From NCBI GenBank assembly GCA_963700145.1, contig OY969474.1:2016001-2080000 (forward strand): a stretch of 64,000 bases of DNA. Reading direction: 5' to 3'. The notes beneath the pieces were generated by a model, which worked only from the letters and a program-made list of their open reading frames with translations, searched no databases and was not told where the DNA came from. Every line of letters starts with the position of its first letter. Positions within the stretch are counted from its first letter, which is position 1. The translations under genes were made by a program, and so were the position numbers. Below are positions 1 to 10,900 of the stretch, piece by piece. The DNA comes from an uncultured Acidobacteriota bacterium. GTDB taxonomy: Bacteria; Acidobacteriota; Thermoanaerobaculia; Multivoradales; UBA5704.

Positions 1-1736
<1,736 letters not shown>

Positions 1737-1748
1737 CGCAAGCCTCCG

Positions 1749-3524
1749 TCAGCTGCCCAGCATCTGCAGGTGCTCGACGATCGGGCCGAGCGCCAGCGCC
1801 GGGAAGAAGGTCAGGGCACCCACCAGCACCACGACACCGGCGAGCAGGACGACGAAGAGCGGCGTGTGGGTCGGCAGGGTGCCGGGGCCGGGGGGCACGT
1901 GCTTCTTGCGCGCCAGCGAGCCGGCGATGGCGAGCGTCGGGATGGCGAGCCAGAAGCGGGCGAAGAGCATCGCCAGGCCGCCGGTCGTGTTGTAGAAGGG
2001 GTTGTTGGCGCCCAGGCCCGCGAAGGCGCTGCCGTTGTTGTTCCCCTGCGAGGTGTAGGCGTAGAGGACCTCGGAGAAGCCGTGGGCGCCGGGGTTGGCG
2101 AGCGTCTTCGTGCCCGGCTCGACGGCGACCGCGAGCGCCGTGAGGCCGAGCACCACGAGCGGCATGATGAGGACGACGAGCGAGGCCATCTTGATCTCGT
2201 AGGCCTCGATCTTCTTGCCCAGGTACTCGGGCGTCCGCCCGACCATGAGGCCGGCGATGAAGACGGCGACCAGGACGAAGACCAGCATGCCGTAGAGCCC
2301 GGAGCCGACGCCGCCGTAGATCGTCTCGCCGAACTGCATGAGGAAGAGCGGCACCAGGCCGCCCAGCGGCGTGTAGGAGTCGTGCATCGAATTGACCGAC
2401 CCGTTCGAGGCCGCCGTCGTCGCCGCCGCCCAGAGGGCCGAGCTCGCGATGCCGTAGCGCACCTCCTTGCCCTCCATGTTGCCGCCGGCCTGGAGCGGGC
2501 CCGCTCCTTGGTCGGCGCCCAGGCGGTCGAAGGCCGGGTTGCCGGCCTGCTCGGACGCGACGGCGACGGCGAGGAGCGGCAGGAAGATCAGGGTCATGGC
2601 GGCGAGCACCGCCCACCCTTGCCGCGCGTCCTTGACCATGCGGCCGAAGGTGACGCAGAGCGCCGCCGGGATGAGCAGGATCGACAGCACCTGGAGGAAG
2701 TTCGAGAGCGGCGTCGGGTTCTCGAACGGGTGGGCGGAGTTGGCGTTGAAGAAGCCGCCGCCGTTGGTGCCGAGCTGCTTGATGGCGATCTGCGAGGCCG
2801 CCGGCCCCACGGCCAGCACCTGCTCGGTATTTTTGAACGGCGCGAAAGCTTTCGCGCCTACGCGCTCGCCCTCGGCGTCGGTGGTGGCTTCGAGGAGCGG
2901 GACCGTGCGGTAGGGCGAGAGCGTCTGCACCACCCCTTGCGACACCAGGACGAGCGCCAGGACGAGCGAGAGCGGCAGCAGGATGTAGAGGGTGGTGCGG
3001 GTCAGGTCCACCCAGAAGTTGCCGATCGTCTCGGCCTTCCGCCGCACGAAGCCGCGGACGAACGCCGCCAGCATCGCCATGCCGGCGGCCGCCGAGACGA
3101 AGTTCTGGACGGTGAGCGCGAGCATCTGGGTGAGGTAGCTCATCGTCGTCTCGCCGCCGTAGCCCTGCCAGTTGGTGTTGCTGGCGAAGGAGACCGCGGT
3201 GTTGAACGAGGAGTCCGGCGTCACCCCGCCCAGACCCTCGGGGTTCGCCGGCAGCACGCCCTGGAAGCGCTGCAAGGCGTAGACGGCGAGGAGGCTCACG
3301 GCGCTGAACAGCAGCATCGCGAGCGCGTAAGTGCGCCAGCCCATCTCCTCCTCCGGCTTGACGCCGGTGAGGCGGTAGAGAAGCCGCTCGAACGGCCCGA
3401 GCACGCGGTCGAGGCCGCAGGGCTTCCCCTCGTAGACCAGGGCCATGTAGGCGCCGAGCGGCTTGGCCAGCGCGATCAGCACGACCATGTAGAGGACGAT
3501 CTGCAGGACGCCGTTGGCGGTCAT
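1749..3524 (-). CDS. kdpA: K+-transporting ATPase subunit A
   Basis: 591 aa; [41 protein letters not shown] motifs. Confidence 0.98.
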   Translation of the reverse strand: MTANGVLQIVLYMVVLIALAKPLGAYMALVYEGKPCGLDRVLGPFERLLYRLTGVKPEEEMGWRTYALAMLLFSAVSLLAVYALQRFQGVLPANPEGLGGVTPDSSFNTAVSFASNTNWQGYGGETTMSYLTQMLALTVQNFVSAAAGMAMLAAFVRGFVRRKAETIGNFWVDLTRTTLYILLPLSLVLALVLVSQGVVQTLSPYRTVPLLEATTDAEGERVGAKAFAPFKNTEQVLAVGPAASQIAIKQLGTNGGGFFNANSAHPFENPTPLSNFLQVLSILLIPAALCVTFGRMVKDARQGWAVLAAMTLIFLPLLAVAVASEQAGNPAFDRLGADQGAGPLQAGGNMEGKEVRYGIASSALWAAATTAASNGSVNSMHDSYTPLGGLVPLFLMQFGETIYGGVGSGLYGMLVFVLVAVFIAGLMVGRTPEYLGKKIEAYEIKMASLVVLIMPLVVLGLTALAVAVEPGTKTLANPGAHGFSEVLYAYTSQGNNNGSAFAGLGANNPFYNTTGGLAMLFARFWLAIPTLAIAGSLARKKHVPPGPGTLPTHTPLFVVLLAGVVVLVGALTFFPALALGPIVEHLQMLGS

Positions 3525-3613
3525 CAGAAGCGCTCCGGCCGCAGCAGGGCGAAGAAGAGGTAGACGGCGAGGACGATCGTCACCGCCAGGCCGAGGAGGT
3601 AGAGCGGGCTCAT
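3524..3613 (-). CDS. kdpF: K+-transporting ATPase subunit F (29 aa)
   Basis: Not in ORF track; [29 protein letters not shown] with the KdpF YLxxALLxPERF ending; its stop overlaps the kdpA start. Confidence 0.93.
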   Translation of the reverse strand: MSPLYLLGLAVTIVLAVYLFFALLRPERF

Positions 3614-3726
3614 CGCTTCTCCTCCTTAGGGCTGTCCCGCATGGGATCGAGCGCGTCGCAGCCGCGCACGAAGCCCCACGAGGCGGCGAAGAAGACCAGG
3701 GTCAGCAGGATGAAGGCGAAGTCCAT
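3610..3726 (-). CDS. 38-aa single-TM peptide upstream of kdpF
   Basis: [38 protein letters not shown]; GGAGG RBS; ATGA overlap with kdpF. Confidence 0.75.
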   Translation of the reverse strand: MDFAFILLTLVFFAASWGFVRGCDALDPMRDSPKEEKR

Positions 3727-3740
3727 CGCGTGCCTCCGCG

Positions 3741-4814
3741 TCAGAAGGTGAAGATCGTCCCGAGCGCCAGCAGGAACTGCTCGCGCTCCGGCGCCCCCGC
3801 CACCTCGCCGGTGAAGACGGCGGCGGTCGAGCGGTCGTAACGCCCCTCGAGCTTGACGATCACCTGCTCGTGGGGGCGCAGGTCGAAGGTGAGCGTCGCC
3901 TCCTCCAGCCGCTGCGGGAGGCCGGTGATGCCGGCGTCGGGGTCGTCGAAGCGCTCGAGGCGCAGGGCGGCGCTCGTCTTGGGATTGAAGGTCCAGCGCG
4001 CCCAGCCGGCCAGGGCCGTCCACTCCGCCGTGGGGCTCCCCGGCAGCTCCTGGCGGCCGAAGTCCACCTCCAGCGCCAGGTCCAGCGCCGCCGTCGCCTT
4101 GGCGGTGGCGACGACGTCGAGGAGCGTGCGCAGGCTGGAGTCGTCCCCCGGCAGCTCGGGCCCGGCCCAGCCGTTGACGGCGACCCCGCCGCGCGCGCCG
4201 CTCCAGCCGAGCTGGGCGCCCAGGCTCTTGGCGTCGTTGTTGTCGGCGATGATCTGCCAGCCGTTGACGACGTGCAGGCCCCCCGACCAGCCGCCGCCCC
4301 ACGACCAGACCGCCTTGACGCCGGTCTGGTAGTAGGGGGAGAAGTTGCCCGCCCAGGAGCCGGTGTAGTTCCAGGTGTCGCGCGCCAGCGCGCTCTCGAA
4401 GCCGATGTGGCTGGGGTAGATGCCGGCCTCGACGAGGAGCGCCGGCGCGGCGGCGTAGGAGACCGAGGCGCGGTAGACGTTCTCGAAGACGTCCCGCCCC
4501 ACCCCCTCGCCCGCCGGCTCGCCCAAGTGGAGGACGTCCATCTCGTTGCCGGCGCCCAGGATCAGATGGAAGCCCACGGGCGCGGGATCTCGGCGGACCT
4601 CGATCGCCGCGAGGTTGAGCTCGATCTCGCCGTCCCGCTTCGCCACCACCCCGGCGCCGGGGAAGAAGTTGCCGTGGTCGAACGGGCGGTTGGCGTTGTA
4701 GGCGGCGTAGAGGTCGACGAAGCCGGCGATGTGCAGCGTCTCTTCGTCCTCCCCGCTATCTGCGGGGGAGGCGCCGAGCAGCGCCAGTGCGAACAGCGTC
4801 TCGGCGAGGTGCAT
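3741..4814 (-). CDS. Outer-membrane beta-barrel porin (kdp-associated, OmpL/BBP2-like)
   Basis: Signal peptide, alternating beta-strand pattern, PYYQTG and NGWQ motifs, C-terminal Phe (IFTF). Confidence 0.8.
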   Translation of the reverse strand: MHLAETLFALALLGASPADSGEDEETLHIAGFVDLYAAYNANRPFDHGNFFPGAGVVAKRDGEIELNLAAIEVRRDPAPVGFHLILGAGNEMDVLHLGEPAGEGVGRDVFENVYRASVSYAAAPALLVEAGIYPSHIGFESALARDTWNYTGSWAGNFSPYYQTGVKAVWSWGGGWSGGLHVVNGWQIIADNNDAKSLGAQLGWSGARGGVAVNGWAGPELPGDDSSLRTLLDVVATAKATAALDLALEVDFGRQELPGSPTAEWTALAGWARWTFNPKTSAALRLERFDDPDAGITGLPQRLEEATLTFDLRPHEQVIVKLEGRYDRSTAAVFTGEVAGAPEREQFLLALGTIFTF

Positions 4815-4823
4815 GATGAGGCC

Positions 4824-4868
4824 ATGCTGGCGGCCCGCGGCGAAAGAAAGGCGGAAGGAGGACGAAGG
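4824..4868 (-). promoter_or_regulatory. Candidate OmpR/KdpE-type promoter: three boxes at 11-bp spacing plus -10-like CAGCAT
   Basis: + strand CGAAAG 4841, CGGAAG 4852, CGAAGG 4863; minus-strand CAGCAT at 4824-4829, 11 nt from the proximal box; same geometry as upstream of kup. Confidence 0.6.
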
Positions 4869-4950
4869 ACTGGCGAACGGTTTCAGGTGCCGTTGAGGTC
4901 GCCGTGACCGCGCGGCGAATCGCGGATCCTGAGTGGAAGGCGTGAACGGA

Positions 4951-5034
4951 CTGGGTCCGTCGATGGACCGCGTGGGTCAGGCGACGGATGGGATGGGTCG
5001 GCGGCTCGACTGGCTGGGTCGGCCGGCGACCGCG
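4951..5034. repeat. Degenerate 21-bp tandem repeat, 4 units
   Basis: TGGGTC at 4952, 4973, 4994, 5015 (exact 21-bp period). Confidence 0.6.
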
Positions 5035-5112
5035 TCCGCCGCTACGGCTTCCTCGGCGTCGTTGTCGCGTTCCAGCGTGATGGCGACTTTGCCTCGGGCG
5101 CCCTCGGCGACC

Positions 5113-5454
5113 TCAGCGGGGATAAACAATGAGAACCGTCGCAACCACCAACAGCACGAATCCCAGTAGCTGGCTTGGACTAAGGCGTTCGCCGAGCACA
5201 AAGTGGGAAACAAGCGCGACGCAGACAACGCCGAAGGCCAAGTGAAACGTAGCCATTTGGGCGCCGCTGTACGAGCCGTATCCGAATCGTGTGGCCGCCA
5301 CGTTGAGGATGTACTCCGGCAGGACCAGGAGCCAGCTCATGCCAAGGGCCATCCAGAAGCCAATGCTGTCCCGGAAGCGCAAGTGTCCGAGCCACGCCAG
5401 TGCCATCAGGCAACTCGCCAGAAACAGACAAGCAGGAACAAGGACTGCCTTCAT
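5113..5454 (-). CDS. Small DMT-superfamily membrane protein
   Basis: 113 aa, 4 hydrophobic helices, AWLGHL and LPEY motifs; visibly lower GC than flanks. Confidence 0.75.
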   Translation of the reverse strand: MKAVLVPACLFLASCLMALAWLGHLRFRDSIGFWMALGMSWLLVLPEYILNVAATRFGYGSYSGAQMATFHLAFGVVCVALVSHFVLGERLSPSQLLGFVLLVVATVLIVYPR

Positions 5455-5565
5455 CTCTGAATATTCCCGAGCGAGCCTCGATCCGGCGATAGGGAAGACT
5501 GCACCCGGCTACATCCGTGTAGCTGTTCCTGCGAAGCGGGACAAACGCTAGGAGGCGGTTCTCGC

Positions 5566-7440
5566 TCAGACCTCCACCTGCATACCGATCTCGATCACCC
5601 GGTTGGGCGGCAGGCGGAAGAACTGCGACGGCACCTGGGCGTTGCGCGCCATGAGGATGAAGAGCGCGTCGAGCCCGCGGCCGAAGAGGGACTTCGGGCG
5701 CGAGAGGAGGGTGCTGCGGCTGAGCAGGTAGGTGGTGTGGGCCGGGTCGATCGCGATCCCCTGGCCCGCCAGCCCGCGGAGCACGGCCGGCACGTCGGGG
5801 TCTTCCATGAAGCCGTAGCGGGCGACGACGCGGTAGAACTCCTCGCCGAGCTCCTCGACCGCCGTCCGCTCCGCCTCGGCGACGTGCGGCACCTCCTCGG
5901 TCACCAGCGTCAGGAAGAGGTTGCGCTGGTGGACCACGTGGTTGAGCTTCAGGTTGTGCAGGAGGGCCGAGGGGAGCCCCGCGGTCTGGCCGGTGAGGAA
6001 GACGGCGGTGCCGGGCACCCGCGGCATCTGCCGGCGGGCGATGTCCTCGATCAGGCGCTCGGGAGGGAGCGCCGAGGCGGCGAGCTGGGCGGTCAGCGCG
6101 TTGCGCCCGCGCCGCCAGCTGGTGAAGACGACGAAGGTGGCGGCGGCGAGGACGAGCGGGAACCAACCCCCCTGCGCCACCTTGACGATGTTGGCGCCGA
6201 AGAAGGCCAGGTCGACGACCAGGAAGAGCGCGGTGACCGCCGCCGCCTGCCAGAGCTTCCACCCCCAGACGTGGCGCGCCACGACGAAGGCGAGGAGCGT
6301 GGTGATGACCATCGTCGTCGCCACCGCCACGCCGTAGGCAGCGGCCAGGTTGCTCGAGGTGCGGAAGCCGAGCACCAGGGCGATGGTCGCCGCCATCAGC
6401 CCCCAGTTGGCCAGCGGCACGTAGATCTGGCCGATCTCCCGGGGCGAGGTGTGGACGATCTCCATGCGCGGGGCGTAGCCGAGCTGGACCGCCTGCCGGG
6501 TGAGCGAGAAGACCCCCGAGATCACGGCTTGCGAGGCGATGACCGTCGCCATGGTCGCCAGGACGACCAGCGGGATGAGCGCCCACTCGGGGGCCAGCCG
6601 GTAGAACGGGTTGTGCGCCGCCTCGGGGTCGCGCAGCAGCAGCGCACCCTGGCCGAAGTAGTTGAGCAGCAGCGACGGCGCCACCAGCGAGAACCAGTCG
6701 ATCTGGATCGGCGGCTCGCCGAAGTGCCCGAGGTCGGCGTAGAGCGCCTCGCCGCCGGTGGCGACGAGGAAGACGGCGCCGAGGACGAGGTACCCCGCGA
6801 GGCCGTTGGCCTGGAAGAAGCGGACGGCGTGGAGCGGGTTGAAGGCGGCGAGGACCCCGGGCTCGTGGAGGATGCTGGCGACGCCGAGCGCGGCGAGGGT
6901 CAAGAACCAGACGACGATGACGGGGCCGAAGATCAACCCGACCCCCGCCGTCCCCCGCCGCTGGAAGAGGAACAGCAGCACGAGGATGGCGACGGTGAGC
7001 GGCACGACGTAGGGGGCGAGCTGGGGCGCCGCCACCTCGAGCCCCTCGACCGCGGAGAGCACCGAGATCGCCGGCGTGATCATGCCGTCGCCGTAGAGCA
7101 GAGCGGCGCCGAAGAGGCCCAGCGCGATCAGCACCCACTGCCGCCGCCGCGTCTTGCGCGTCGCCAGCGCCATCAAGGCCAGGATGCCGCCCTCGCCGCG
7201 GTTGTCGGCGCGCAGGACGTAGACGTGGTACTTCAAGGTGACGACGATGACCAGCGTCCAGACGATCAGCGACAGGACCCCGAGCACGTTGGCGCGGGTC
7301 ACCGGCACCGCGTGCGGGCCGAAGAAGCACTCGCGCATCGCATAGAGCGGGCTCGTCCCGATGTCGCCGTAGACGACCCCCATGGCGGTGAGGCAGAGGA
7401 AGGCGAGGCGGCGTGGCGAGTGCTGGTGGTGTGAGGTCAA
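5566..7440 (-). CDS. kup: Potassium transporter Kup
   Basis: GVVYGDIGTSPLY, ADNRGEGG, EALYADLGHFG motifs; TTG start. Confidence 0.97.
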   Translation of the reverse strand: MTSHHQHSPRRLAFLCLTAMGVVYGDIGTSPLYAMRECFFGPHAVPVTRANVLGVLSLIVWTLVIVVTLKYHVYVLRADNRGEGGILALMALATRKTRRRQWVLIALGLFGAALLYGDGMITPAISVLSAVEGLEVAAPQLAPYVVPLTVAILVLLFLFQRRGTAGVGLIFGPVIVVWFLTLAALGVASILHEPGVLAAFNPLHAVRFFQANGLAGYLVLGAVFLVATGGEALYADLGHFGEPPIQIDWFSLVAPSLLLNYFGQGALLLRDPEAAHNPFYRLAPEWALIPLVVLATMATVIASQAVISGVFSLTRQAVQLGYAPRMEIVHTSPREIGQIYVPLANWGLMAATIALVLGFRTSSNLAAAYGVAVATTMVITTLLAFVVARHVWGWKLWQAAAVTALFLVVDLAFFGANIVKVAQGGWFPLVLAAATFVVFTSWRRGRNALTAQLAASALPPERLIEDIARRQMPRVPGTAVFLTGQTAGLPSALLHNLKLNHVVHQRNLFLTLVTEEVPHVAEAERTAVEELGEEFYRVVARYGFMEDPDVPAVLRGLAGQGIAIDPAHTTYLLSRSTLLSRPKSLFGRGLDALFILMARNAQVPSQFFRLPPNRVIEIGMQVEV

Positions 7441-7498
7441 GGGGGCTCGAAGAGGGACACCGCCTGCGCGCTGTCAGGTCGGCTGCCTCGCGAGGGCG

Positions 7499-7543
7499 AC
7501 GCTACGGGCCAAGGACGAAAGAAGTCCGTAAGAAGGCCGAAAG
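7499..7543 (-). promoter_or_regulatory. Candidate OmpR/KdpE-type promoter of kup: three boxes at 11-bp spacing plus -10-like TAGCGT
   Basis: + strand CGAAAG 7516, CGTAAG 7527, CGAAAG 7538; minus-strand TAGCGT at 7499-7504, 11 nt from the proximal box. Confidence 0.62.
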
Positions 7544-7548
7544 GGGCC

Positions 7549-7935
7549 GTGAAGATGAGCGGCGGCGCCCTGCAGCTCGCGCGCGAGATCGCCGCCTGCG
7601 CCCAGCTCCGGCGCACCGCCCCGCCCGACGAGCTGCGCTTCCCCGACCTGACGGTCGACCTCCAGCGCCGGCGCGTCGTGCAGGGCGGGCGGGAGGTGAA
7701 GCTGACCCCGACCGAGTTCGCCCTCCTCGAGCTCTTCGCCACCCACGCCGGCAAGCCGCTCTTCTTCAACCAGATCATCGACCGCGTCTGGCGCGGCGCA
7801 CCGGCGACCTCGAAGGACACCGTGCGCGTCCACGTCGCCTCGCTGCGCCGCAAGCTCGAGCCCGACGCCTCGAACCCGCGCTACCTCGTCACCGAGCCCT
7901 GGATCGGCTACCGCTTCATTGCCGAGCCGCTGTGA
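7549..7935 (+). CDS. KdpE-like winged-helix DNA-binding domain without a receiver domain
   Basis: LTPTEFALL, VRVHVASLRRKLEPDASNPRYLVTEPWIGYRF typical of OmpR/KdpE C-domain; no receiver upstream; start may be ATG 7555. Confidence 0.8.
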   Translation: MKMSGGALQLAREIAACAQLRRTAPPDELRFPDLTVDLQRRRVVQGGREVKLTPTEFALLELFATHAGKPLFFNQIIDRVWRGAPATSKDTVRVHVASLRRKLEPDASNPRYLVTEPWIGYRFIAEPL

Positions 7936-7959
7936 GTCGGCGGCCGCGGGGCTGTTTTC

Positions 7960-10900
7960 TCAGCGGAAGAGCACTCCGAGCTGCAGGGTGAGGAAGTCGG
8001 CGTCGGCGTCGGGGACGCGGTGGTAGTCGGCGCCGAGCTCGAGGCGGTAGGGCGCCTTGATCGGGAGCTGGAAGCCGAGGCCGAGGTTGAAGCCGGCGTC
8101 GCTGCCGCCGCTCTTCGGCCGGTAGATCCCCGGACCCGCCTGCAGATAGAAGTCCGTGCCGCTCGGCAGCGGGAAGAGGACCTGCGCGTTGAGCGAGAGG
8201 TTGACGAAGCGCGGGTGCTCGATGGCGGCGGCGGTCTCGGCGGTGAGCTGGGAGAGGCCGCCGAAGAGGACGAGCCGGAGGCGGTCGGTCAAGGCGTAGC
8301 TCAGGTCGGCGCGGACGTGGATGTTGGCGTCGGCCGGCGGGTCGAGGTCGCGCAGCGGGTGGGTCGAGCCGACGTGGAAGCTCGCCAGCCACCTGCCGCC
8401 GGCGGCCGCGCCGCCGTCGACGCTCACCAGCGCCTCGTCGGTATCGGCGAGGCCGCCCTGGTCGGTCACCCGCAGGCGGACGCGGTGGAGGCCCGCCGCG
8501 AGCGGCACGCCGAGCGTCTCGCCAGCGCCGAGGAGCACCGGCGGGCCGGCGGTGACGTCGAACCACTCATAGGTCGCGATGCCGTCGCGGGTGCCCGGGG
8601 TCGAGTCCGGGTCCGCCGAGCCGGTGGCGTCGAGCGGGATCGGCGCGCCGCCCGGCACCACGCGGTCGCCGCCGGCCTCGGCGATCGGATGCACGTTGGC
8701 CAGCTCCTCGGAGCGGACGTCGAAGCCCACCTGCGGATCGCTGCTGCAGAGCTCGAGGAACGAGGCGTAGACCGAGATGAGCGACCCGCCGTGGTTGGTG
8801 ATGTCGCGCGGGTTGCGGTCGGCCGGGCAGTCGGGATGCGGGCCGGGGATCCCGGGCGCCTGGACCGCCGCTACGAACGCGGCGGCCAGGTCGGCTCCGC
8901 TCTGGCCCGGCGCCGTGGGGAGGGTGATGGCACAGGTGCCGATCGGCGTGTGCTCGACGACGCGCACGGTCTCGCCGCCGGCGGCGCCCGCGAGCGGCGT
9001 CTCGAAGTCGATCTTCAGCACCTGGATCTGGTTGAACGCCTGGACGCCGAGGCCGCCGAGCCGCAGGCAGGCCCCGGTTGCCGCGCCGGGATCGGTGTGG
9101 AGGACGGTGATGAGCTGCCCGCCGACAACGCCGGGCGCGTCGAGGCGCAGCCGCGGCCGGCGCGCGAACTCGTCCTCCTCGGCGCCGGCGAAGCCGGGAT
9201 CGAGCGTCGCGCGGACGTTGTTGGCGGCGCAGGTGGGGCTCGCGGCGACGGCGTCGCGGGCGCGGGCCAGGATCTCGACGTCGCTCTCGCCGCGCGCGAA
9301 GGGCACGGCCACGGCGCAGAGCGACTCCGTCCCCAGCCGCCGCTGGACGCTCGCGGCCAGGTGGAGCACCCCCGCGGCCTCGCCGGCGCCGCCGGGGAGC
9401 TCCATGCCGCCGCCGCCGCCGCTACCCTCGAAGTCCGCGAGGTCGAGCTCGACGATGCTGCTCGGGGGGTTGTCGAGCGGGGGGCAGCCGACCACCTTGC
9501 CGACGGCGAGCTGCGGGCCGCAGAGGACGGTGATCGTCGACAGCGGATCGTTGTCGCCGTCGCCGTCGGCGTCGTCGTAGCACTCCTCGATCGGCGTCTC
9601 CCCTAGGCAGTCGCCGTTGAAGCAGGCCCAGACGACCTTCTTGCCGCTCCAGAAGTCGACGAGGCTGGTCTCGAGCACGCCGTCGCCGTCGGTACGGATG
9701 GTGCCGCCCATGACGTCGACCGTGTCTTCGGCGCAGACGTCGCCGTTGGACTGCAGGATGCGCATCGTGCAGGGGCCCTGGTCGGGGAGGAAGTTCTGGC
9801 CGTAGACCGGGATGTCCCAGATGCTGTCGTTGACCCAGCCCTCGAAGTTGGTGATGAAGGGCTCGCCGAGCGCGAAGGCGCCGCGGCCGTGGGTGGCGGC
9901 GTAGATGCGGCCGTGGGTCTCGTCGATCGAGATCTCGTAGACCGGCGCGTTCGGCAGCCCCTGCGCGAAGGGGTCCCAGCTCGCGCCGCCATCGAGCGAG
10001 CGGTAGAGGCTGGCGCCGTCGGGGCCGCTGTCGAGCCCGAGGTAGACCCGCTCGGGGACGCTCGGCTCGATGCTCACCGTGTTGGCGGGAATGCCGGGCG
10101 GCAGGCCGGTCACCACGGGGTCCCAGTCGCCGCCGCCGTCGGTCGTCTTCCACAACCGCGCGTGGGCGCCGAAGCCGGAAAAGGTGGCGTACGCGGTGTC
10201 GGGCTCGGTCGGGTGGACGGCGATGCGAGTGACCGGCACGTTGGGCAGCTCGGCGGTGTCGATCCGCGGCCAGTCGTCGCCGGCGGTGGGCGAGAGCTGG
10301 GTGCGGAAGATCTCGCCGCCGTAGTAGCCGACGTAGACCCGGTCCGGGTCGCTCGGGGCGACGGCGATGGCGGAGATGGCGTTCTGGCCGGTGCCGGCCG
10401 CGATGTGGTTCACGGCGCTGTCCGCGGTGACGATCTCGGTCGACGGGCCCGTCGCCAGGACCGGGCTCACCACCGTCCAGGAGCTGCCGTTGTTGGCGCT
10501 GCGGTAGAGGCGGTTGGCGCCGAAGTAGAGCGGGTGCTCGCCCGTGCCGTCGGCCGACGGGTCCTGGACGAAGGGGGCGTAGAAGAGCCGCGGATCGCTG
10601 GCGGCGATGCCGCTGTTGATGATGTCCCAGTCCTCGCCGCCGTCGAGCGAGCGCCTCAGCGAGCCGTAGTTGCTGGCGGCGTAGACCGTCAGGACGTCGT
10701 CGAAATCGAGGAAGGAGTAGCCGGCGTCGCCGCAGCAGGGCCGGTGGGTCCAGCGGCGGCTGCCGTTCCAGGTCTGCCCGCCGTTGTCCTGGCTGGTGCC
10801 GACGACCATCGTGGTCAGCGGCGAGGAGCCCAGGCCGTGGAAGCCGGTGATCTGCAGGTCGTCGTTGCGCGGCGTCCAGGTGGCGCCGCTATTGGTGGAG

